From: Candidatus Saccharimonadota bacterium
GTDB lineage: Bacteria > Bacteroidota > Bacteroidia > Cytophagales > Amoebophilaceae
Assembly: GCF_936981045.1 (NCBI RefSeq)
Contig: NZ_OW441264.1
Span: 960,001 to 992,000 of the forward strand
Reading direction: 5' to 3'
Length of the DNA stretch: 32,000 nt
This document shows, piece after piece, positions 1 to 8,026 of this stretch (the first letter of the stretch is position 1; every line of letters starts with the position of its first letter). The notes under the pieces are model-generated. The model was not told where the DNA came from and searched no databases. It was given only the letters and a program-made list of their open reading frames with translations. The position numbers were made by a program, and so were the translations under genes.

Positions 1-928
1 GCAAACCTACTAAATCTGCCCCTGTATAACGGGCCACAATCTCCCAAGGTAAAGTAGTGCGATCGGATCTGTGACCAGGCTGATAGCCATCACAGCTAGC
101 CTGCTTACCTGTAAAAAAACGTTTCGCGGCATCTTCCGCCAAGATAACCTGAATAGGAAGGTGCGTATAGGGGTTGATGGTCGCTACTTTAACATAGTTA
201 ATCGTAGCTCCTACCGCTAGGGCACTATTGGCAGGCAAGGTCCATGGCGTAGTCGTCCAGGCGAGCAAATATTCATTTTCTTTGCATTTAAATTGGGCCA
301 CAATGGAAATATCTTTGACCAATTTATAGCAACCTGGCTGGTTTAACTCATGGGAACTTAGTCCTGTTCCGGTAGTAGGTGAGTAAGGCTGTATGGCATA
401 CCCTTTATAGATCAGTTCTTTATTGTAAAGTGCTTTTAGCAAGTACCAAACAGACTCGATATAATCGCGTTCATAGGTGATGTAAGGATTCAGGTTGTCT
501 TTCCAATAGCCTAGCTGCTTATTCAACGCTTCCCACTCACTCTTATAAGCCATAACCGTTGCGCGACATGCCTCATTGTAGTCAATAATGCTAATTTTTT
601 TACCAATATCTTCCTTGGTAATACCTAATTTCTTTTCCACTTGAAGCTCTACCGGTAAACCATGGGTATCCCAACCACTTTTGCGACGCACACAATAACC
701 CTGCATGGTCTTATACCTAGTAAAGAGATCTTTCACCGTCATGGCTAAAATATGATGTACACCCGGTGCGCCATTGGCTGAAGGAGGACCTTCAAAAAAA
801 ACAAAAGGCGCATCGCCTTCACGCTGCTGCATAGAGCGCTCAAATGTTTTTTGTTCTTCCCAAATAAGGCCGATTTCCTTTGCAATTTCTAGCAAATTGA
901 GCTGCGGTTGGGTTTTGTACTTTTTCAT
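1..928 (-). CDS. ileS: isoleucyl-tRNA synthetase, N-terminal ~309 codons (gene continues past the left window edge)
   Basis: Own translation of the minus strand from the ATG (reverse complement of 926-928): MKKYKTQPQLNLLEIAKEIGLIWEEQKTFERSMQQREGDAPFVFFEGPPSANGAPGVHHILAMTVKDLFTRYKTMQGYCVRRKSGWDTHGLPVELQVEKKLGI...LLAWTTTPWTLPANSALAV. It has a class I HIGH-region motif and the TTPWTLP motif typical of IleRS. The frame stays open to position 1. It is absent from the ORF track because there is no stop in the window. Confidence 0.85.
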   Translation of the reverse strand, partial: MKKYKTQPQLNLLEIAKEIGLIWEEQKTFERSMQQREGDAPFVFFEGPPSANGAPGVHHILAMTVKDLFTRYKTMQGYCVRRKSGWDTHGLPVELQVEKKLGITKEDIGKKISIIDYNEACRATVMAYKSEWEALNKQLGYWKDNLNPYITYERDYIESVWYLLKALYNKELIYKGYAIQPYSPTTGTGLSSHELNQPGCYKLVKDISIVAQFKCKENEYLLAWTTTPWTLPANSALAVGATINYVKVATINPYTHLPIQVILAEDAAKRFFTGKQASCDGYQPGHRSDRTTLPWEIVARYTGADLVGL

Positions 929-969
929 CTATATCTACCTAATTAGACCTATAATTTAAAACACTACAA

Positions 970-1210
970 ACGTGAGTTCGGGATTAGATTATTTTATTCA
1001 TTTTATAATCAATATTAATAAAAATTTATAAAATTTGTTTTATAGACAGTTAAATAGGTAGTTGAATAATAAATAATTCTGATAATCAGTTTATTATATA
1101 TATTATATTTATAAAATTAGATATAAAAACTTGTTAAATAGGTGCAAATATTAACTAAATAATTGATATTAAATTTTTGTAAATCAGTCAAATAAATCCC
1201 GAACCCACGT
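970..1210 (+). mobile_element. MITE-A copy M1 (241 bp, non-coding, AT-rich; IS982-like terminal inverted repeats)
   Basis: Starts ACGTGAGTTCGGGATTAGATT and ends AAATCCCGAACCCACGT. Flanked by the 5-bp direct repeat TACAA (965-969 and 1211-1215). Near-identical to eight other copies in the window. Confidence 0.9.
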
Positions 1211-1453
1211 TACAAGTTGCAATTTAGTGAAAAAGTTATAGGGAATGGATGAATCACTGAGTATAAAAATTACACCAACCCTATGCATAGACTAGGTTAT
1301 GCTAAAAAAGTATTAGATTTGTTTATAAAGTTAGGAGGAACATTGGCAAATTGCCCATCCTATTGGTAGGGGGCGTTTATAACAAAAGATTACTTGATTT
1401 TTTAGTCAGAAGCAACGAGCCCTTCCATGAGGCTTTAACAGATCTCTATATGT

Positions 1454-2401
1454 ATGCTATTAGATTTTGAAAAACCCATTGTTGAACTTGAAAAAAAGCT
1501 TGCTAGGATGCAAGAAGCCACTAAAGCGCAAAATGCACCAGCGCTTATAGCCTCGATTGCTAAATTAGCCAATGATATAAAAGCGCTACAAAAGAAAACG
1601 TTTCAAAATCTAACCAGGTGGCAACGAGTTCAGCTGGCCCGCCACCCAGATAGACCCTACACGCTTGACTATCTCCAGCAAATTACAGAACATTTTGTGG
1701 CATTACATGGAGACCGTTGTGCAGGAGATGATCAAGCAATGGTAGGTGGGTTTGGTACCATAAATGGGCAAACCATGATGTTCATTGGTCACCAAAAAGG
1801 AAGAACAACCAAGGAACGCCAAATGCGAAACTTTGGCATGCCGAATCCAGAGGGATACCGCAAAGCACTTCGTTTGATGCGTTTGGCAGAAAAATTTAAT
1901 AAACCCATTATTACCTTTATAGACACACCTGGTGCCTACCCAGGACTGGAAGCAGAAGAACGTGGCCAAGCACAAGCCATTGCCAGCAATATTCAAGCGA
2001 TGTTTGGCCTACGTGTGCCTATTATATCCATTGTCATTGGAGAGGGCGCATCAGGTGGGGCTTTAGGCATTGCAATAGGTGACTATGTACTGATGCTGGA
2101 ACATGCTTGGTACTCTGTTATTACACCTGAATCTTGTTCTTCTATTCTCTGGAAAAGCTGGGATTATAAGGAACAAGCTGCGGAAATGTTGCAATTAACT
2201 GCCAAAGACATGTTTAATTTTCGTTTAATAGACGGACTTATTAAAGAACCAATAGGGGGTGCACATAGAGATTGGCCAGCCGCAGCAGCACTTATTAAGG
2301 AAAGTATTTTCAACCATTTAAAAAAATTATCCAGTAAATCTATTGACACCTTACTCCAAGAACGAACGGAGAAGTTTTTTGCAATGGGCCGGATCAACTA
2401 A
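1454..2401 (+). CDS. accA: acetyl-CoA carboxylase carboxyltransferase subunit alpha
   Basis: 315-aa ORF. It has the characteristic AccA stretch GHQKGRTTKERQMRNFGMPNPEGYRKALRLMRLAEKFNKPIITFIDTPGAYPGLEAEERGQAQAIA. Confidence 0.95.
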   Translation: MLLDFEKPIVELEKKLARMQEATKAQNAPALIASIAKLANDIKALQKKTFQNLTRWQRVQLARHPDRPYTLDYLQQITEHFVALHGDRCAGDDQAMVGGFGTINGQTMMFIGHQKGRTTKERQMRNFGMPNPEGYRKALRLMRLAEKFNKPIITFIDTPGAYPGLEAEERGQAQAIASNIQAMFGLRVPIISIVIGEGASGGALGIAIGDYVLMLEHAWYSVITPESCSSILWKSWDYKEQAAEMLQLTAKDMFNFRLIDGLIKEPIGGAHRDWPAAAALIKESIFNHLKKLSSKSIDTLLQERTEKFFAMGRIN

Positions 2402-2446
2402 GCTATATCAAGCTCCAAAATTATATCCATAAAAGTTCAGCGATCC

Positions 2447-2743
2447 ATGTGCCAAAAGGTTCGTTCTATTATATATAATACCTATATGAAGCCAAAAACC
2501 ACAAAGCAAGTGTTTGACTTTTTCCCAGGTATGTGGAAAATGGTTAGACGTGTAACTGTGGAGATTCCAGAGCAAAATGCTATAGCGAATGGCTACCGAT
2601 CGCATCTGTTCAAGAAAGTGGTAAAAAAAATTTATAGGATTGCTCTTCCGAGCGCTTATAAAACACCATACCTACCTGACGCAGAAACAGTGAAGGATAT
2701 AAAAAGAAGCTTTCATAAGCAATGTGGTCAAAGCACCGAATGA
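2447..2743 (+). CDS. hypothetical small basic protein (weak call; alternative start at 2486, MKPKTTKQ)
   Basis: It is the only sizeable ORF in the 396-bp gap between accA and ruvA. I recognise no motif. A 65-aa antisense ORF overlaps it. Confidence 0.3.
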   Translation: MCQKVRSIIYNTYMKPKTTKQVFDFFPGMWKMVRRVTVEIPEQNAIANGYRSHLFKKVVKKIYRIALPSAYKTPYLPDAETVKDIKRSFHKQCGQSTE

Positions 2744-2797
2744 AGTTTTCATAACTGCACCCATTAAAAAAGAGGCATTCCCTTTATATTAAAGGCA

Positions 2798-3400
2798 TCA
2801 ATTAGTTACAGGATGTGGCTGCAAGGCCTTTTTAATCAGTTCTTCTAACGTAAGTGGGGTGTAGACCTGTTCCCTTACCGTTGCAATCGCCTTTTCTGCC
2901 ACTTTTGGGGTAAGTCCCAATTTGGTTAAAGCCATTACGGCATCTTGATCTACTTTGTTTTCGGTCGGTTGTGGAAAGGCTACATCTTGGATGTAATCTA
3001 GTTTTTGCGCTTTATCCGATAATTCCAGTATCAATCGCTGCGCAGCTTTTGCGCCTACACCTTTAATAGCAGTAAGCAAACGCGCATCCTTACTCAGAAT
3101 AGCCTTATGTAACGCTGATGGTGTCAGGGAAGATAAGATGGTTAAAGCAGTTTTTGGGCCAATGCTACTAACAGAAATAAGGTGAAACCACCATGATTTT
3201 TCTTCTATCGTATAAAAACCATAAAGCGTAGAGGTCTCACCTTTTACTTGCATAACCGTTAACAAGGTACAGCTATTTAAGGCTTTTATTTGATCAAAAG
3301 TATATAGGGAAATATGCAAGCCATAACCTACGCCTCCTACATCTAAAATAACATAAGTGGGTTCTTTGTGCAGTAATTTTCCTATAAGTTGCGCAATCAT
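2798..3400 (-). CDS. ruvA: Holliday junction branch migration complex subunit RuvA
   Basis: 200 aa. The N-terminus MIAQLIGKL...VILDVGGVGYGLHISLYTF is the classic RuvA OB-fold start. Central helix-hairpin-helix region (IKGVGAKAAQRLILEL). Confidence 0.92.
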   Translation of the reverse strand: MIAQLIGKLLHKEPTYVILDVGGVGYGLHISLYTFDQIKALNSCTLLTVMQVKGETSTLYGFYTIEEKSWWFHLISVSSIGPKTALTILSSLTPSALHKAILSKDARLLTAIKGVGAKAAQRLILELSDKAQKLDYIQDVAFPQPTENKVDQDAVMALTKLGLTPKVAEKAIATVREQVYTPLTLEELIKKALQPHPVTN

Positions 3401-3494
3401 AGATTTAATACTAGAAGATCACCCTAACGCAGGATGCCTATGCCTGATCATTAGGAAGAGATCATGGTCTCACTTGATCCGATTAGGATCATTA

Positions 3495-5282
3495 CTAGAC
3501 CTTATTTTTTTTCTTATTATTGGCCTCAATAGAAGCAGCAACCCTAGATTGAAAAGAAAGCTTACCACGCTGTTTTACCTTTTGTTGCCTAGTCATCAAC
3601 TTTTCCTTAATACTATCTGCATCAACCCAATAATTTATAAACTTCTGCTGCAACCAAGTCATAACATTAGAAATACAATAGTAAAAACTTAAACCAGCAG
3701 GAAATGTATTTAAGACAAACATAAAGGCAATGGGCATAATATAGGATAATCCCTTCATAGGGCCCTCCTTTGGACCACTTTGACTACTAGACCGGGTATA
3801 TAAAATGGTTGATAGGACCATCAACAATGTAAATAAACTAACATGATTACCATAGACGGGTATCGTAAAAGGAAGCCGCATCACACTATCATAAGTTGAT
3901 AAATCATCTGCCCATAAAAAAGAAGCTTGCCGCAGTGCAATCACATGAGGAAAGAAATGAAACATAGCCATCAGAATAGGCATTTGGAGCATAATAGGCA
4001 TACAGCCACTCAATGGATTAATGCCGAATGCTCTATAAAGAGCTACCTGCTCAATTTGAGCTTTTTGTAAGTCATCTTTATATTTTTCCTTTATCTTATC
4101 CAATTCTGGTTTTAGCAATTGCATTTTAGACATAGAAATAAAAGATTTATAGGAAAGTGGCATTAAAAGCAACTTGATGATAATAACCAATAAGAAGATG
4201 ACGAACCCATAATTAGAAAAATACTTTTCCAAAAAAGAAAAGAGCGGAATAATCACCCCCTGATTCACCCACTTGACAACCGGCCACCCCAAAGGTAGAT
4301 TTTGCTCAAATCCTTTCGTAACCTTTTTAAGGATTTTATAATCATTGGGTCCAAAGAAAAAAATGAATTTGCTATGGATTACTGCTTTATCTTTGACAGA
4401 TAGTGGAAGGGATAGATGGACAGACTTGGTGACATCGGGTGACACCACTGGCTCCATGCGGAGCTCCCCTGCAGCGAAAGCATCGTCAGCAATAATCGCA
4501 GAAGAGAAAAAACGTTGCTTAATACTAACCCATTTGATGGAGGCTTCTATTTTCTTTTTTTCAACCTCTGTTGAGGATTCCTTTAATTTATCAAAAGTCT
4601 GATCCAATAAATAATAATGTACCGTACTTCTGGAAGCATCTGCTTTATCATCAGCCTCTAAACTTTTCATATTTATATTCCAGCAGAAAGAAGCATGAGC
4701 GTTTGGATCGAGTATTCCAACTGCATGCCAATCATAGTTGATTTGATAACTATTTCCAGAAAACGAAAAAGATTGCTCTAAATATTGAGATGGCGTTAAT
4801 TCCAGTCGGAAAACTATTTTAGCCTCTTGAGCCGCCTTGAGTTCGTAAACAGGCTTAGCTTGGGTTTGAAAATACAAAGCCTTGGTCTCTATACGTACAT
4901 TTTGATAGGAAAAAGAAAGACCCATATTACTGCTCTGCTCATCCAATAAGACCAATTCTGACCCATGCTTGTCTTTAAACTTCTTAAGTATAACCCTCTT
5001 TATGGTACCACCCTTCGTACCAAGTACTACCTTAAATAACTCATTCTCAATAGTTATGTACTTTTCCTCTCCCTGTATCGCAGTGGAAAATGGAGTAGAA
5101 ACCAATGGACTGGATCCATCCATTCCACCCAAAGGGCGCATCGTCTGATGCGTAGTGCTGGCAGGAGGTGTAACAGGGTGTGTATCTAATTTAGGTTTAA
5201 ACACATAGAAATAAACCAGAAAACCTGCCGATATCAAGAACAATCGAGCAAGTTGATTTTTATCTAAAACCATATAGAGCAA
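3495..5282 (-). CDS. yidC: membrane protein insertase YidC (long, Bacteroidota-type form)
   Basis: 595 aa. It has an N-terminal TM segment, a large periplasmic domain, and the C-terminal insertase core (INPLSGCMPIMLQMPILMAMFHFF...LSFYYCISNVMTWLQQ) followed by a lysine-rich tail. Confidence 0.92.
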   Translation of the reverse strand: MLYMVLDKNQLARLFLISAGFLVYFYVFKPKLDTHPVTPPASTTHQTMRPLGGMDGSSPLVSTPFSTAIQGEEKYITIENELFKVVLGTKGGTIKRVILKKFKDKHGSELVLLDEQSSNMGLSFSYQNVRIETKALYFQTQAKPVYELKAAQEAKIVFRLELTPSQYLEQSFSFSGNSYQINYDWHAVGILDPNAHASFCWNINMKSLEADDKADASRSTVHYYLLDQTFDKLKESSTEVEKKKIEASIKWVSIKQRFFSSAIIADDAFAAGELRMEPVVSPDVTKSVHLSLPLSVKDKAVIHSKFIFFFGPNDYKILKKVTKGFEQNLPLGWPVVKWVNQGVIIPLFSFLEKYFSNYGFVIFLLVIIIKLLLMPLSYKSFISMSKMQLLKPELDKIKEKYKDDLQKAQIEQVALYRAFGINPLSGCMPIMLQMPILMAMFHFFPHVIALRQASFLWADDLSTYDSVMRLPFTIPVYGNHVSLFTLLMVLSTILYTRSSSQSGPKEGPMKGLSYIMPIAFMFVLNTFPAGLSFYYCISNVMTWLQQKFINYWVDADSIKEKLMTRQQKVKQRGKLSFQSRVAASIEANNKKKNKV

Positions 5283-5419
5283 AGAAAAATTTAGGCTAGT
5301 AAAAACGTAAGAAATAAGCTATGGTTGACACCATAACGCTTCTTCGTAAAGATAGATAGGGACAAATATAATTATTCTTGACAAGAATATTATTACAGCC
5401 GTTACAAATCAACCTACTA

Positions 5420-5660
5420 ACCTGAGTTCGGGATTAGATTATTTTTTCATTTGATAATCAATATTAATAAAAATTTATAAAATTTGTTTTATTAGACAAT
5501 TAAATAGGTAGTTGAATAATAAATAATTCTGGTAATCAGTTTATTATATATGTTATATTTATAAAATTAGATATAAAAACTTGTTAAATAGGTGCAAATA
5601 TTAACTAAATAATTGATATTAAATTGTTGTAAATCAGTCAAACAAATCCCGAACTCACGT
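5420..5660 (+). mobile_element. MITE-A copy M2 (241 bp)
   Basis: Starts ACCTGAGTTCGGGATTAGATT (G to C variant shared with M5) and ends AAATCCCGAACTCACGT. The flanks (TACTA and TATAT) are not a clean duplication. Confidence 0.88.
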
Positions 5661-5792
5661 TATATGATAAAATTTATCTAAAAGATGTACTTTGGGAAGC
5701 TTGGCGTCAAGTCAAAGCAAATCAAGGCTCAGCAGGGATTGATGGTAAAAGCATAAGTGATATAATAGATCAAGGTGAGGCAAAGATTATCA
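5661..5792 (+). pseudogene. N-terminal fragment (~44 codons) of a group II intron-type reverse transcriptase/maturase
   Basis: Own translation: [43 protein letters not shown]. The pattern L..AW..VKAN.G.AG.DG is the conserved RT-0 region of group II intron-encoded proteins. It is bounded on both sides by MITE-A termini. Confidence 0.7.
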
Positions 5793-5875
5793 ACGTGAGT
5801 TTTGTATTTATTTGACTGATTTACAACAATTTAATATCACAACAATTTAATATCAATTATTTAGTTAATATTTGC
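5793..5875 (-). mobile_element. MITE-A copy M3, truncated (83 bp) by insertion of IS6 copy A
   Basis: Begins ACGTGAGTTTTGTATTTATTTGACTGATTTACAACAATTTAATATCA. It carries a 17-bp internal tandem duplication (ACAACAATTTAATATCA x2). It stops at ...TTAATATTTGC exactly where the IS6 inverted repeat GGTTCTGTCGCG begins. Confidence 0.8.
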
Positions 5876-6708
5876 GGTTCTGTCGCGTCTATAGTTTTCT
5901 TAGTATAGGTTTTTCGTTTAAGTCAAATTTTGGATATTATGCGGCCATTAAGATAGCAAAGTTCTCAAAAGTAGAAAGATGATTTTTAGCTCCTCTTACT
6001 TGTCCTTTTTGAATCATACGAATGTTTTCTATCCCTGAAATAGTAATGGAAGCAGAATAAAAATTCTTAAAACCCAGCATAGGTTTTATCCGTTTTTTGA
6101 TAAACCTATGATCTTGTTCAACTCTATTATTCAAATATTTGTTTTGAAATATTTGAATGGTATGATCTTGATCAAGATCTGTATTGATCGCATCAAGGGC
6201 AGCTTTATTACTGCCGCTTTTGTCAATTACTACTTTCTTAGGAATATTATTTTCTGTGATAGCCTTGCGAAAAAAAGAAAGCGTTGAAGACTTGTCTCTA
6301 TGATCAGATAGAAAAAAGTCAACTGTATCACCATAACGATCTACTGCTCTATATAAATAGATCCACTTCCCGTTTAGTTTAACATAGGTTTCATCCATTT
6401 TCCAACTACTACCAACTGGTCGTTTTCTTTTTCTTACTGCTTTATCTATCAGAGGAACAAACTTAATAACCCATCTCTGTAGCGTAGAATGATCAACTCT
6501 TGCGCCTCTCATACGCATCATCTCTTCCAAATCTCTATAGCTCAAGGAAAAACGACACTTCATGTATACAAATAACAGGATGACTTCTGATGAAGAACAA
6601 TAACCTTTAAAATATGGTAATAACTCGGGAGAAATATTAAACATAATAACTACTTTTTTAAATACCGATACTAAAATAATCATTTTTTAGAATAAACGCG
6701 ACAGAACC
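5876..6708 (-). mobile_element. IS6-family insertion sequence, copy A (833 bp, intact)
   Basis: Terminal inverted repeats GGTTCTGTCGCGTCTAT (5876-) and the reverse complement of AAACGCGACAGAACC (-6708). One 248-aa DDE transposase ORF. More than 99% identical to the copies at 9886 and 14360. No flanking 8-bp duplication (ATATTTGC versus AAATTAAA). Confidence 0.92.
5937..6683 (-). CDS. IS6-family DDE transposase
   Basis: 248 aa. Motifs WKMDETYVKLNGKWIYLYRAVD, VVIDKSGSNKAA and YLNNRVEQDHRFIKKR match the IS6/IS26-type D, D and E regions. A shorter start at MFNISPE (6644) is possible. Confidence 0.9.
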   Translation of the reverse strand: MIILVSVFKKVVIMFNISPELLPYFKGYCSSSEVILLFVYMKCRFSLSYRDLEEMMRMRGARVDHSTLQRWVIKFVPLIDKAVRKRKRPVGSSWKMDETYVKLNGKWIYLYRAVDRYGDTVDFFLSDHRDKSSTLSFFRKAITENNIPKKVVIDKSGSNKAALDAINTDLDQDHTIQIFQNKYLNNRVEQDHRFIKKRIKPMLGFKNFYSASITISGIENIRMIQKGQVRGAKNHLSTFENFAILMAA

Positions 6709-6772
6709 AAATTAAACGATACGGAAAATAAATTAAAATATTTTTGTCCGATTTTTTCAGTCCAGTATACTT
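6709..6772 (-). mobile_element. terminal fragment (~64 bp) of an IS3-family element (left inverted-repeat end)
   Basis: AAATTAAACGATACGGAAAATAAATTAAAATATTTTTGTCCGATTTTTTCAGTCCAGTATAC is almost identical to 26105-26168, where it directly precedes an IS3-type orfA. Its reverse complement, TATACTGGACTGAAAAAATCGGACAA, resembles IS3-family inverted repeats. Confidence 0.65.
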
Positions 6773-6780
6773 TACTACTA

Positions 6781-7022
6781 ACGTGAGTTCGGGATTTATT
6801 TGACTGATTTACAACAATTTAATATCAATTATTTAGTTAATATTTGCACCTATTTAACAAGTTTTTATATCTAATTGTTATAAATATAATATATATAATA
6901 AACTGATTACCAGAATTATTTGTTATTCAACTACCTATTTAACTGTCTAATAAAACAAATTTTATAAATTTTCATTGATATTGATTATCAAATGAAAAAA
7001 TAATCTAATCCCGAACTCACGT
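6781..7022 (-). mobile_element. MITE-A copy M4 (242 bp)
   Basis: Full-length copy in inverted orientation. Perfect termini. 5-bp direct repeat TACTA at 6776-6780 and 7023-7027. Confidence 0.9.
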
Positions 7023-7139
7023 TACTACACTTTAATTTTGGCTTTTCCATGGAACTGCTTATAGCCTAAAAGACAAAAAACCTTCTATAATTAGTATAAA
7101 TATAGCTGATTTACAATAAATCTAATCTAGAATTGACGT

Positions 7140-8012
7140 TTATTGTCTTTTCCAACTCCGCCACTTCATTTGAATAAGCCGAAAAAGGCTTTCCCCTGCC
7201 ATTATTAAACCCATTTTAGACTTACCCCGTACTCTATTTATAAAAGTAATAGGCAATTCCACCAGCTTGGCACCATATTGATAAGCTAGAAATTTTATTT
7301 CTACTTGAAAACTATATCCTACAGAAACTATATTATGATTCTTTTGAAACTCCATGGCTAATGGCAATTTTGTTGTCGAAGCTTGTGTATACTTCTTAAA
7401 CATATCTGAGTACGCTTCGGTGCTCGACTGCTCTTGTCCTAAAAATTGCTCATCACAAATAGCTTTTGAAAGAGACCTATTCAAAATATGTTGCAATATG
7501 GTCCGCCGATAACAAACAAATCCAGCTGTAGTATCTTTAATAGGCATGCCTGTAATAGATCGTGCAAGCCAGTTGGCCATGCAGGATAATAAGATCCTAG
7601 AAAGGGGCCAATTTACCACACGCCCACCTGTAATGTAACGGGAGCCAATGACTATATCGATTGTAGGTGTGGCACACCTGGTTAAAAGTTGAAGCAAATC
7701 AAGAGGTGCATGTGAAAAATCAGCATCCATGCTGCAAATATAATCGTAATCATACATGAGTGCCCAACCAAACCCTGCTAAATAGGCTTGACCTAATCCC
7801 TCTTTTTGAGGCCGACTTAAAAGATGTAATTGATGAGGATAGCGTTGTTGTAACCTGATCACTACACCAGCTGTGCCATCTGGGGAGTGATCATCTACTA
7901 CCAGCACATGTACCCCTATTTTTAATGCAAAAATAGCTGTTAATAAAGACTCAATGTTTTCCCGTTCATTATAAGTAGGTATAACCACTATGGCACGCAG
8001 AAAGCCTGACAT
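7140..8012 (-). CDS. family 2 glycosyltransferase, polyprenol/dolichol-phosphate mannosyltransferase-like
   Basis: 290 aa. The N-terminus VVIPTYNERENIESLL...VLVVDDHSPDGT is the GT2/DPM1-like signature. Also DADFSH, GSRY..GG and DTTAGF motifs. It contains an apparently extra segment of about 40-50 aa (aa 178-229) before GYSFQVE. Confidence 0.85.
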   Translation of the reverse strand: MSGFLRAIVVIPTYNERENIESLLTAIFALKIGVHVLVVDDHSPDGTAGVVIRLQQRYPHQLHLLSRPQKEGLGQAYLAGFGWALMYDYDYICSMDADFSHAPLDLLQLLTRCATPTIDIVIGSRYITGGRVVNWPLSRILLSCMANWLARSITGMPIKDTTAGFVCYRRTILQHILNRSLSKAICDEQFLGQEQSSTEAYSDMFKKYTQASTTKLPLAMEFQKNHNIVSVGYSFQVEIKFLAYQYGAKLVELPITFINRVRGKSKMGLIMAGESLFRLIQMKWRSWKRQ

Positions 8013-8026
8013 TTATAATCTATAAT

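Noticed and set aside
774-959. 61-aa plus-strand ORF
   Set aside because: It lies entirely antisense to the strongly supported ileS 5' region. It is a shadow ORF.
1703-2397. Minus-strand ORFs 1703-1996 and 2164-2397
   Set aside because: Antisense shadows inside accA.
3357-3692. 111-aa plus-strand ORF spanning the ruvA start and yidC end
   Set aside because: It overlaps two well-supported minus-strand genes and has low-complexity content.
4345-4602. 85-aa plus-strand ORF
   Set aside because: Antisense shadow inside yidC.
5283-5419. Near-palindrome ATAATTATTCTTGACAAGAATATTATTA upstream of yidC as a possible operator
   Set aside because: It is a single occurrence in very AT-rich DNA with no second site or known motif. 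That is not enough evidence to call a regulatory feature.
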